A DNA stretch of 63,417 nucleotides, counting the filler, from Choristocarpus tenellus KU-1152 (Eukaryota; Protista; Phaeophyceae), in NCBI GenBank assembly GCA_964200185.2. It is 13 parts of 13 records of this genome, joined end to end, with 100 filler letters (N's around TTAATTAATTAA, not from the genome) between each part and the next. Parts side by side here need not be neighbours in the genome. Positions count along the whole stretch, not along the records: positions 10,319 to 14,155 come from CAXNAD020017648.1; positions 14,256 to 22,077 come from CAXNAD020005537.1; positions 22,178 to 30,385 come from CAXNAD020004994.1; 10 more parts are not named here. One strand, 5' to 3'. Position 1 is the first letter of the stretch. Each line of letters opens with the position of its first letter. The notes beneath the pieces were generated by a model. That model had not been told where the DNA came from and made no database searches. It saw only the letters and a list, made by a program, of their open reading frames with translations. Positions 11,640 to 22,386 of this stretch are shown in pieces. Position numbers and translations under genes: made by a program.

Positions 11640-14155
11640 GTTGAACAACTCAGGGAAAAGGATGGAGGACTAGTGGTGATCAGCCCAAGATAGCATTCTA
11701 GTCCAATGCTGGAAATTTTTTGTTTATGGTCGGAAAGCGTGGTGAGAAAATTAGGCATGAAAAACCCTTCTCGTACTAATCCCTGTGGATAAAGCTCAGT
11801 ATCACCGCAGTTTTGGTATCATAATGTCATCAGTTGGGAATGTTGCAGAGATACCGTCAAGGGAGTGATTGCAAAACTCATACCCCCGTTTTTGGGTTTT
11901 CTGTGTGAATACAGTTGCCTACTCCGAAACACTTCGGAGTAAGAAAAGTGTACACGACTAAGAAAGGTGTGTCCGGAGCTAAGATATTGACACCTGCTAA
12001 TACTGTTAAAGAAATTGATGTTCCCAAGACTTGCGCGTATGTAAATGACTCGATTAATTGCTCATTGTGTAGAACAGGTTGCAGATGAAGTAAGGAAGGT
12101 AAAATGAGGAGTGAGCATGCAAGCCCAAGGGGGGAGGGGTCTTTGTTAAAACATAGGCTACTCATTTGTTTTTTCTTGATATGATATAAGACCATCAGCT
12201 CGCACGGACTGTTGATTGGTCCACTGCACTGGTCGTTATTGTTCGGGGGGGGGTTGCATTCCCAACTCATCATCACAACATCAATATTCAGTACATAGAA
12301 GTATATACCATCACTCGATATATATCACACACACAAAGATATCATGCGTCACCCTAGTTACTTCGATTCAAGTGTGTTCTTCTGCTACGTTTTGTTTTTT
12401 GTTGTCTGTCATATTTTTTCTTTTTAACAAAAGAACACTCCAGGTGCACGTAAATTGTTGGTTATTATTTCTTTCTTGGTTGTCATTGCCCCCTCATAAT
12501 GCACCAAGGTCACTCTGCAATAAGTATACCTGATACACCCCTACATGCTATATATTCAGAGTAAACCAAGAAAATAAAGCGGACAATAACGACCAGTGCA
12601 GTGGACCAATCAACAATCAGTGCGAGCTGGTGGTTTTCTATAATATCAAGAAGAAACAAATGAATAGCCTATGTTTATAAACAGTCTTTGCCACCAAATC
12701 AATCCTATTCTGTGAATGACTAATCAAACTAATCACAGATTACTTCCTATAGTGCTTCCTATTCCTGAACTCTTCCATATTCTAGTTCTTGAACCCAAAC
12801 ATATCTTCTATTCTTCAGAACACAAACATTGTCTCTTCATCCTTAGATTGTTTCTTCTACAGAATCTTCTTTTACACATGAATAAAAAGCAAATTATTGA
12901 CAAATACGATAGCCCAAATATATCAAAATCACTGCTAAAACATAGGCTGCTCATTTGTTTCTTCTCGAGATGATACAAAACTGCCACTTGTACTGTCTGT
13001 TGATTGGTGCACTGCACTGGTTGTTATTGCCCATTTATTTATTGGGCATCCCGACTCATCATCACATCGATGACAGTAGGTAGAAGTATAACATCAGTTG
13101 ATATTCAGTTGATACACATCACAAAGTGAGAGTTTATGAAGTAATCTGAGTTTTGTGGGCGGAAGAATTCTGGTTGACTGGGGGCACAGGACAAGTGTGG
13201 GCAGGGGAAAGAAAAAGAAGGAAGCACGAAGAGAACGAATAGTTAAGGAAGGGAAGAAAGGGTTAATGGAAATGATTGGTAGATAAAGGGAAGATCAGCA
13301 TCCAGTCAGTGATAAAAGGAAAGAAGACCAGGGGTACAAGACGAGGAGGGGAGACCAAGGCAACCTCCGAGAAAGCGTCTCGTCCTAATAGCAAAAGATG
13401 GCGGATAGGAGAGAGGACAAAGATGAAAGGAACAAGACAAGGTGGGAAGACCTAATGGGAAATGACGAAAAGAGGAGGGAAAGGACGGGAAGAAAGCAAC
13501 GGAAGGGTGGGAAGAAGAGAAGGGATAGAAGGAAAATGAAGAGGAGATGGGAACAATGGCGGTGCAGAGGATGCAATTGCAGATCAAGAGGACACAACGA
13601 GAGATGGGTTTCCTCAAAAGGGGGGAGGAAGAGAGAAAAGGAGCAGAAGAAGAAGACGAGAGAGAGAACAGGAGTGAAGTCGAACCCAGTCAAGTTCAGG
13701 ACCAGAACAACGAAATATCAAGGCTAACAGAAAGGATGGACATGATGATGGAGATACTGCAAGAACTATGCCGACCACAGAAATCAAAAGGGGGAGGGGG
13801 GGACAGAGGGATGGGAAGGGGAGCAGGATCAACGGGGAAGGAAATTCGATATCATCGGCAACATTGGCAGAGCAAATTAAGGAGAAATCTTTGATCCAGG
13901 CATGGAACAGGGTCGAAGTAAAGAAGTACTTCGTACTCCTTGGATTCATTCCCTTGTTCATAAAACGGGGAATACAAGATCGACACAATATGAACTACAA
14001 CGAATCGTAGAGGAAACAATGTTAAAACATAGGCTACTCATTTGTTCCTTGTTGACATGATACATATCTACCAGCTTGCACTGACTGTTGACTAGTGCAC
14101 TGCACTGGTTGTTACTGTTCATTTATTTATTGCGCATTCCAACTCATCATCACAT
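11640..14155 (+). mobile_element. Cluster of LTR-retrotransposon relics (Copia-like): four copies of a ~200-bp LTR-like repeat
   Basis: TGTTAAAACATAGGCTACTCATTTGTT... at 12144 (+), 12571-12683 (-), 12933 (+) and 14020 (+). A purine tract GGGGGGAGGGG precedes the 12144 copy, with an EQVAD RNaseH-like remnant upstream. A gag-like coiled-coil ORF (13547-13894) lies between copies 3 and 4. Confidence 0.55.
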
Positions 14156-14255
14156 NNNNNNNNNNNNNNNNNNNNNNNNNNNNNNNNNNNNNNNNNNNNT
14201 TAATTAATTAANNNNNNNNNNNNNNNNNNNNNNNNNNNNNNNNNNNNNNNNNNNN

Positions 14256-14431
14256 CCAAAGTACCTGGGGGGGGGGTGGAACCTGTACCAGAGTGTCCAT
14301 TTGGGCCAAAACCAGGAAAAGTGCACTTACATTATACATCCGACGTATGCAATCAAATCACCTAAAAATCCCAAGATGAAGAAATTGGCCCCAAATGGAC
14401 ATCCACCATCCCCTCCCAGATACTCTGAGCC
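14256..14431. mobile_element. MITE type A at contig start
   Basis: CCAAAGTACCTGGGGG...CCCAGATACTCTGAGCC; internal sequence matches other type A copies. Confidence 0.8.
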
Positions 14432-14867
14432 AATTTAGCCCAGGAAACGATGAAGGACAAGTGTTACTTCGTTCACATAGAAACTATTTGGGGTCGATTC
14501 GACAAGCATCATTATTTTCAGGAAGGGAGGGAGCAATGCTTACAGAGCCTTGTTCACAACTAAAACCAAAACTACACTTACTACTTGAGCTCCGTTACAG
14601 TGTTAGCCAGAAATTTGCTCGTAAGGAACATTGAAAGAGAGCTTTGGTAGTATTCTCATTAGCTCTCCCGTTGACAATTCTTGAGGTGGAAACATTGCAT
14701 GGAAGCCTATATTGTGATGTATCTCGGGGTAATGTGTTGCAAGTGTTCCTCAGAGTTGAATCCAAAGCGGCATAAATTCACCTAAAAAACATGTGACAAC
14801 ACTTGTGGAAAAGAGACGTTTAAACCAAGAAAAAACCGTACAAGAGTCACAAAAAACATCCACTGAG

Positions 14868-15118
14868 GCAAAGCATTTAAGAGGTTGGGACCGCGTCCAT
14901 TTGGGTCCAAAATCCAATGTTACGATTTTGATTAAATTTGGCTATCATGTTTGTTAGCAAGTGATAATACCCTTGCTCCTGACACACCTTTCATAGTCAT
15001 TTATATTTTAGGGAATTGTGTTCCCACCGAAAAAACGAAAAAAGGGAATAAAAAACCTTGTGGGAAGCCAAGCCCCAAACGGAGAAACAGGGCAAAACTC
15101 CTAACCTCTTCAATCCTT
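14868..15118. mobile_element. MITE type B, degenerate, inverted relative to 15321-15583
   Basis: Shares CGCGTCCATTTGGG, TCCAATGTT.CGATTTTGAT and GTGGGAAGCCAAGCCCCAAA blocks with the type B copies. Confidence 0.7.
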
Positions 15119-15196
15119 TGGGTCACCCTACAATTTTTCCAGTACCTTTAAACAATTTTTTGTACACTTCGGGTGTGTAGGTGACAAGATGGCAAA

Positions 15197-15645
15197 GACC
15201 AAGGTATCTGGCGGCGGGGGGGGGAGTCTATACCAGGGTGTCCATTTGGACCAGAACCAGGAATAGTGCATATAAATTATCAATCCAATGTATGGAACCA
15301 AATCACCCAAAAATCGTGACGAGTGAAAGTATCTTAGCGTTAGGGTACGATTTTTGCCCTGTTTGTCCATTTGGGGCTTGGCTTCCCACGGGTTTTTAAT
15401 GACATTTTACCTACTCCAAGATGTTCCGGAGTAGGTAAATTGTTTACATTATGAAAAGGTGTGTGCAGAACAAGGATAATGACAGTTCCTAACAGTCATG
15501 ATAGCCAAAATTACATCAAAATTGCAACATTGGATTTTGGCCCCCAAGTGGACGCGACTCTAACCTCTAAGATACTTTGACTCTGACATAAAAAGATTGA
15601 CCCCAAAATGGACAGCCGCCACTCCCCCCCTAGATAATTTGAGCC
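15197..15645. mobile_element. MITE type A carrying a nested MITE type B (15321-15583)
   Basis: Type A halves 15197-15320 and 15584-15645 with AAA flanks. The insert has TIR GAGTGAAAGTATCTTAG...CTAAGATACTTTGACTC and TGAC on both sides. Confidence 0.8.
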
Positions 15646-15728
15646 AAAGATGAGCTAAACATTCTTATTGCTCGAGAGCTTCAAAATGTTGGCAGATTGA
15701 GCAAGGTCAAGTCCCTAACCCAACCCAC

Positions 15729-18171
15729 CAATCTGTGGCATGTGATCTGTAGATGACTTCAATTTGTAATTTTCCCTATGTGTTGTGAGGAGGAGGTTGA
15801 GCATTGGTGGGTAGTTTGGGGTGTGGACCTGAACAGAAAAAAAATTAAGCATTAAATTTTCATAGCAGGGCCTTGCCTTTGTCGGAGTAAGATTCTGCAC
15901 AAAAGAACCTGTGTGGCGGCTTTCCATGATGCGGAAGGCGGTGGCATCTTTCTTGGGGTTGAGAAGGTCTCTTATTTTATCCCCACAGATCTCGATGAAG
16001 GACACTGCAAGTTCGAATTCTGCACAAGAAGAGTGGCAAAGGGGGTGGTTTCTCTAGGTAGGTGCGACGTAATAGTGAACGGCAGAGTGGTAGGTCATTT
16101 GGCAGTATCTCATTCAGATAAGACATTCACCAGCAGAACAAGAAAGGGCATGTTATTGCTCAGAGGATCTCTCGATGTACCTTCCTCTCCACTTGGGCAT
16201 ATTAGAAGACCATCCAAGGTTCGTTTTCAAGTGGAGATAGTGAGGACAATCCCATTATTTCAAATCCATTCAATGAAGTCCAGCATCTCAATGTCAACTC
16301 TGAGCCAAAGTAAGCCAGAGAGGTAACCAGGTTTTGGCAGTTTTGAAGTATTAAGTCTGTTTTTCAATCTTTTGCAACTGACCCATATTTCCGTGAATGA
16401 AGGAGTGGTATTGAGTTGAGAGCATTTTTTTTCTCCATCGTTTGAATTTTTTTTCAAAGAAAGGTTCGGAAAAAAGACCTTACACATATTTGTTAAAAAT
16501 AAATAAATGGATTTTTGCACATACAGAGTACTTGCCAAGCATCATAAAAATGCAACGCTGCTGCTGGGTGCCTCTCGATTACTCTTGAACCTCTGTCATT
16601 CTACACATGCGCCCTTTCTACCACCCCTTCACTCCTTCCATCCTTACTTGACACTTGAGAGTTGTCCTTATCCTTGTCCTTATCCTTGTCCTTGTCCTTA
16701 TCCTTGTCCTTGTCCTTGTCCTTGTCCATGTCCATGTCCATGTCCAGGTGAGGTGCATCCAGGCGTTTACAAATCTGAAAGCATACTCTGGGTGCAAGGC
16801 CACAAGATTCTCCCGAGGGCTCTCGTTCCCAGGTTGTTGCTCCTGGGTCGTCTGGCTTTTCTGGATTGTGGCCAAAGATAGAGTGGGTCTTGCCACTCCC
16901 AGCTTGACCGTGTGCAATACATATAGAGTTTCGACCCTTCAGTAGTTTTGGGTAGCAGCAGGGGAGAGGGGGGGGCTTTCTATAGGCATGGGTCTTTTGG
17001 ATGGAAGGGAGGGGGGTTGGAGTGTACATGTAGTGCTTGTTGGGTTCATTTTTTTTTTTAGGGTGGGGGGGGGGGTAAAAATTTGGCAGGAGGATTATGA
17101 ACATATCAATTTTGATAATAAAAAAGAATTGACCCAAAGTATCTGGGAGGGAAGGGGGGGTCAACACCAGGGTTTCTATTTGGGCCATAACTAGGAAAAG
17201 TGCACTTATATAATCCATCCGACGTATGCAACCCAACCACACCAAAATCGCTACTTGAAAAAATTGGCCCCAAATGGACAGCCACCACCCCCTCCCAGAT
17301 ACTTTGAGTCATTACAAAAAAATTGTTGAGCAATATTTGCAATAATTGTAAGGACAACCTGCAAGACATCAGTGATCATCCCTTTGCCCACTTCAGCATA
17401 GACATTTTCCTGTGATTCCAGCAACTCAGGGAACATCACCCCCCTCTGCTGGTTCATGTGACTAAGTCCAATGTCCCTCTCCAAGCCGAAGACCTTGTCG
17501 ATCACAAACGACCTCTGCCAATGGAACGTTGCCATATCGCACCGGCTTGAAGCTGTTGCTGCTGCAAATTCCTTTTTTTGTGGTAGATCAAAAACATACT
17601 CGGAGTATCAATTTATGGTACAGGGGGGGGAGCAAGGACAGTTGGGATTCATCAGACGTACCATAAGAGCATCAAATTTTTTGTGCAATTTCTTGCTTCA
17701 TAACCCATTATCCTAGAATAGGATTGGAGGGGATGGGGAGTCAAGAAGGGAGGTAAATTGGGACCGACTAAACTCCAGCTAAGGAATGATAGAGTAAGGA
17801 TTGCCGAGAAATTTCAAGAAAAAAGTTTGAGGAACGATAGTGCGTTAGAAGGTCACGAATATTGCATGAAAGAAAAAGCACCTAGAGTTGGAAGCTAAGA
17901 TTGTTGCTATCAGGGTGGATGCACAGACTTCTTCACACCACCTGAACTCACAGTTTCTGGTCTGATGGGAAAAATTGCTGGGTTGATCACCACCAAGTCT
18001 CCCCTACCACGCCATACCAAGATCCTTCTCTGCCTTTCGTGTATTAGGAATGGCCGCACTCGCACAACCACCTTCAAGACGCTGGGAATCAAAGAAGATC
18101 GACGCTTTTTTGCTGTGCTGGGCCTGCCCAAGCTGTGCCTGTCCCTGGGACTGTGCTGTTGGCATTGAGAT
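15729..18171 (-). CDS. Kinesin motor-domain protein (divergent, kinesin-3-like features), partial
   Basis: Minus-strand exons 18171-17952 (LKVVVRVRPF), 17571-17359 (RSFVIDKVF...SQENVYAEVGKGMITDVLQ), 16936-16648 (GRNSICIAHGQAGSGKTHSIFG P-loop; GLAPRVC) and 16019-15877 (FELAVSFIEICGDKIRDLL...GSFVQNLT) are phase-compatible. A probable further exon lies at 15828-15729. Switch I/II motifs are not seen in the contig. Confidence 0.88.
17131..17310. mobile_element. MITE type A (PIF/Harbinger/Tourist-like), full 180-bp copy in kinesin intron
   Basis: TIR GACCCAAAGTATCTGGGAGGG...CCCTCCCAGATACTTTGAGTC, flanked by ATT on both sides (3-bp TSD). Confidence 0.85.
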
Positions 18172-20244
18172 CTGGAGTTTGCAGAATTGTGAATCAAGAG
18201 CGGGGTACACACACGAAGTAAAAATATGTTAGGTGAGGATAATATTGAAAGGGCCGGAAAAGTTACTGAGTGACCACATCCTGTTAGTTTGGTTAGTTGC
18301 ATAAAGTAGCGTACGCAATTATATCTGTGTAACTGTTGCTTCAAAAGTAGTAAAAAATAATAAACTGTGGCTTTTGGGGGGATTTCACCTACCCCTCATT
18401 CTTGGCATGACCCACCAGAACCATGATAGATTACGACAGTTAATGTGAAGAAATTTAGGATGTCTCAAAATAGGCATATATATATATATATATGCTTTGG
18501 TTCAACAACAACACTGCAAAGGATACTGCTTTCCATGTGGAGGAGAGTACTCTATGCAACTTTCTATTCAGGAGAAGTTTCTTTATCCCCATCTCTTGTC
18601 TTGTCATTGTCGGTGGAGTTTCTCTTCGTAATAATGCAAGTGCTGAGCTGGTTATCAATTAAGATACACAGACAAGCCCTTCCAGATATCACTAAAGAGG
18701 CAGAGGGTTTACTTGTAAGAGCTTTTTGACGATCACGTGGGCAGTAGACAGAGTATTTAGGGTAAAATGGGAGCGATTTCTTTTTCAGCACGAAATCCTC
18801 GAGAAGAATCCCGTTTCACGACCTCGTGCGGCTTGTGGACGGACTGCTGCCACAGTGACATAGTCATTAGCTGGAAATGCTCCTGCTGGGGGAACTTTCT
18901 CTGAGGTCATGAACTCGAATATGATCTCCAAAAGGACAAAGAGATGGTAGTATTTGGGAGGGGTAGGTAGTCAGTGGACAGATCATGGTTCCACGTGGTC
19001 ATGACAGCAGCACTCTCAATTGTTGACTTTTCAGCCCTGTCTCAGATGAGGCCCTCCCAAATGCAGTAAAGGATTGGAACGGAGATTCTTCCCCAGGATT
19101 CGGATGGGGTTCTGAAACCAGAAACACTTCTATCTTGACCAGGATGTGGTCATCGATGGTTTTGATTTGGTGTTGGAGGTCTCCTGTTCGAAGAGGTTTC
19201 GTGCGACGTGGCAACCCTTACCTTTCCAAGGAAGACGAGGGCATCGCGGTGTGAGGGAGATATTGTCTCGACCTCCGTTCCCAGTCAGTATAGTTCCCCT
19301 AGAATTTCGAGAGCAGAATATGAGATCAATCTACAAGTTGCATGGTGAGGCTAGAGGAATGACGAATGAGTACTGACAGTCAAGTAGACGCAAGGAGCAC
19401 CCAGATATGAAAGGATGCAGTGGTTTTCATGTGTACAATTGTAACAGGTTATTCTTCCTGATCAGAACATCGCATAGTTCTAGCAGTCGTCTACTCTGCC
19501 TACTCGTATGTTCAACCCTCCCATCTCCATCTCAGTGTCTCTCGTTAAACACGTTTAAGGTCGGTGCCGATCCCACTCCGCGAATTCCGTGAAACCGAGT
19601 CCAGACAGCAATGACACACTTTTTCCAACCATTACAATGTCTCAGACACACTTTTACTGAAGTTATACGGGTACGGTGGTGTTGTATAATAGAAAATGAT
19701 TGAGGTACGTGACCCAGCGAGGGTCGAGGTATGTACAGGCGAGTTCGATCTTGCGTCATCTAGGATCTTCAGTCTTCTCGTCGAGTGTTTCGGCGACCAA
19801 TCTGACACTACCCCCCGTCTCCCTTACCATCGAGAATTCTATTCTTGGTTTCGTCCCCCCGATCCGCTCTGATACCGCCGTAGACACCAAGTGATTGCCC
19901 ACACCTCGCCTTGCGCTTGGACAAAAGACAAGCACAAGCTTTGTAAAACATGAAACTGGAACGAGAAGAAATTCTCGTTTTATTTTCAACTTCAGAGACA
20001 CCAACATATCCTATGTGCCACAATAGTAATGACTGGTATTTTTGAAGGACATACTCAACACTAGTTCCACTTTGATTGTTATTATTCGGTCGGTTTCTTA
20101 CCGTACAGGTTTTCAAACCATATCCAAGGTTAGTGATGAGTGTGACATGTATCATGACAATGACCGTCACTCTCTTTGTGACGGTTACAATTAATTGCAG
20201 AGAGAATTTCGACGGTCTACTTAGCAAGAATATTAACAATATAT

Positions 20245-20755
20245 TTTTTTATTATTATGTCAGATCAACCCCTAAAAAAGTAACAGTTGTGGTAAAATTG
20301 AACACTTTTCATCTACACTTTTCATCTATTTACTATTTTACTACAAGCTATGTTACACCGCTGTCCTCCTGTGCCTCCAAACTAGCTTAGTCTTGCACTC
20401 CTAGGAGGGAAGCATCCCAAGAATCTAACAAGCCCCTCCTTCCACATCTCCTTGGTGTCTCCACCTCATATAGCATGACACGTCTAGATAGAGCTACTTG
20501 TGTTGTGACAGACACTACTATATATCTATCTGTTGGTTCGATTAAGGTTGTTGCTTTGGCTTCACGGTACAGGTATATTTCGAATTTGAGAAGTAGATAG
20601 GAGGGCAGTAGCAGCATAACTGGTAGTAAAATAGTAAATAGAAAAATATCTTTCACATTTTACGACAACTCTTACTTTTTTAGAAATTTAAATGCTTTTC
20701 ATTGTTTTTTCCCCTGTCACATCTATCTGCAAAATGTCAGAGGGCATAATAACAA
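20245..20755. mobile_element. Pair of oppositely oriented CRE-like 3' fragments (about 20245-20515 minus; about 20590-20755 plus)
   Basis: The minus part encodes VSVTTQVALSRRV...WDASL. The plus part ends CTGCAAAATGTCAGAGGGCATAATAA. Confidence 0.75.
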
Positions 20756-21084
20756 ATATAATAGTAGAATTATCGTTAAAGGTATTTTTTTGTACGGTTG
20801 TCAAAAAGAAATATATCTGTAATGTTGCATAATTATGAGAGTGTATGAACAAGAACGGGTATCCCGTGTCAAAAAAAGGATATTAGTGAAAAACAAGTCG
20901 AATAATTGGGGCTTCTACACCGAGACCCCTGGAGAAATCTTCCTATACCCGTTCTTGCCCTCATGTTGACATGTCCAACACCGCTTGTCTACTCTCTACG
21001 TCGATCACCCGTTTCTGTCTGCATTTTGCTCGAATTTGTATCCGTTTTCACCCATCGTAAGTACTCTGGTCGGACAAACAATAT

Positions 21085-21735
21085 ATAAGCAAGCAAAGAG
21101 TTTTCTGGATGAGTTGGCTCCGTCTGCTCACCTCCTTTCCAGAACGGGGGAATGGCCTCTGTACGCCTGCGAGGGGCTCGGGTGAAATTCGAATCCAGTC
21201 AACTACCAAGTTATGGTCAATTATGGATGGGAAGGCCAGGTTGGCGTGCCACACGTTGGGCTGTTCACTGTTCCCCCATTTCATGGTATGGATGCTACAC
21301 CTACTCTTGGTTATGTTTGAGGAAAGATGGATGGGCACGATGTAGGCAGTAGGGGGGAAAGGGGTGGGAGGCTACAACAGGAAAGGAGCTGTCGAATCCC
21401 GTTTACGACGGATAGGCTCTGTCACAACAAATGTGGTTCTATCAAGACGTGCGATGCATTTTAAGCTGGAAGACGCCAGGGAGATGGGCTAGGAGGAACC
21501 TGTCAGATTCTTGGGATGTTTTCCCTAGCTCCTCGCCCTGTAGTGTATGGCTAAGCTAGGTTGGAGTCATAGAAGGGGAGCGGTGTAGCATAGCTGGTAG
21601 TCAAATAGTAAATATAATTTTTTCTTCCACATTTACGACAACTGTTACTTTTACAAAGGTTTTTATGATATTCAATCGTCTTTTCATTGTTTTTCCCCTG
21701 ATACTTCTTCAAAATGTCAGAGGACATAGTAATAT
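21085..21735 (+). mobile_element. Second 5'-truncated copy of the CRE-like element (interrupted about 21130-21345)
   Basis: KQAKSFLDELA at about 21088; nucleotide match to the reverse complement of 62153-62540; ends AAAATGTCAGAGGACATAGTAATA. Confidence 0.75.
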
Positions 21736-22177
21736 AAACAATTACAACCCTTCGTACTCTTGTCTTCTCCAGACAACATGGAAATGTTCCTCTGGAACCG
21801 TTTCCTCTTGGTAGGAACCATTCTCTCGTGTCACACATAGTCAACCTTGCGGAAATCAGAACGCCAAGAAGATACAAATCAATCAGGATGAGGATGGGAG
21901 TTTGGAACATATGTGGTGTGTGGTGGAAAGAAGGAAGGACTGAATTTTCTGTTTATCCAATCGAGTACTTAGAATGGGCCAAAATGGTTACAAATTTGAG
22001 CAAAAAGTGGTGAAAACGGGTTAGTAATGCGGAGAGTGGACAAAGAGTGTTGTACCTGGCTCAAAGTATCTTGGGGGNNNNNNNNNNNNNNNNNNNNNNN
22101 NNNNNNNNNNNNNNNNNNNNNTTAATTAATTAANNNNNNNNNNNNNNNNNNNNNNNNNNNNNNNNNNNNNNNNNNNN

Positions 22178-22352
22178 GGGAGGGGGAGGGGTGTTGTCCT
22201 GTTCTGTGGAGCCCATGAGGGCGGTGTGTGTATCCAAATACCCTGTCACGACCTTGTCTGTGAGGGTAGATGGTCAGAGGATGGCAGTGGGTAATGTTGA
22301 AGGATCCGTGATTGTTTTCACTCTTCCGGGATTGATGAAGGTGAGCTATTTC

Positions 22353-22386
<34 letters not shown>

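Noticed and set aside
12144-14155. Hammerhead ribozyme in the LTR-like repeat (TGATGATGAG on the minus strand)
   Set aside because: It lacks the CUGAUGA core and a properly placed GAAA with stems.
18400-19950. Possible upstream kinesin exons
   Set aside because: I could not build a phase-consistent, stop-free exon chain.
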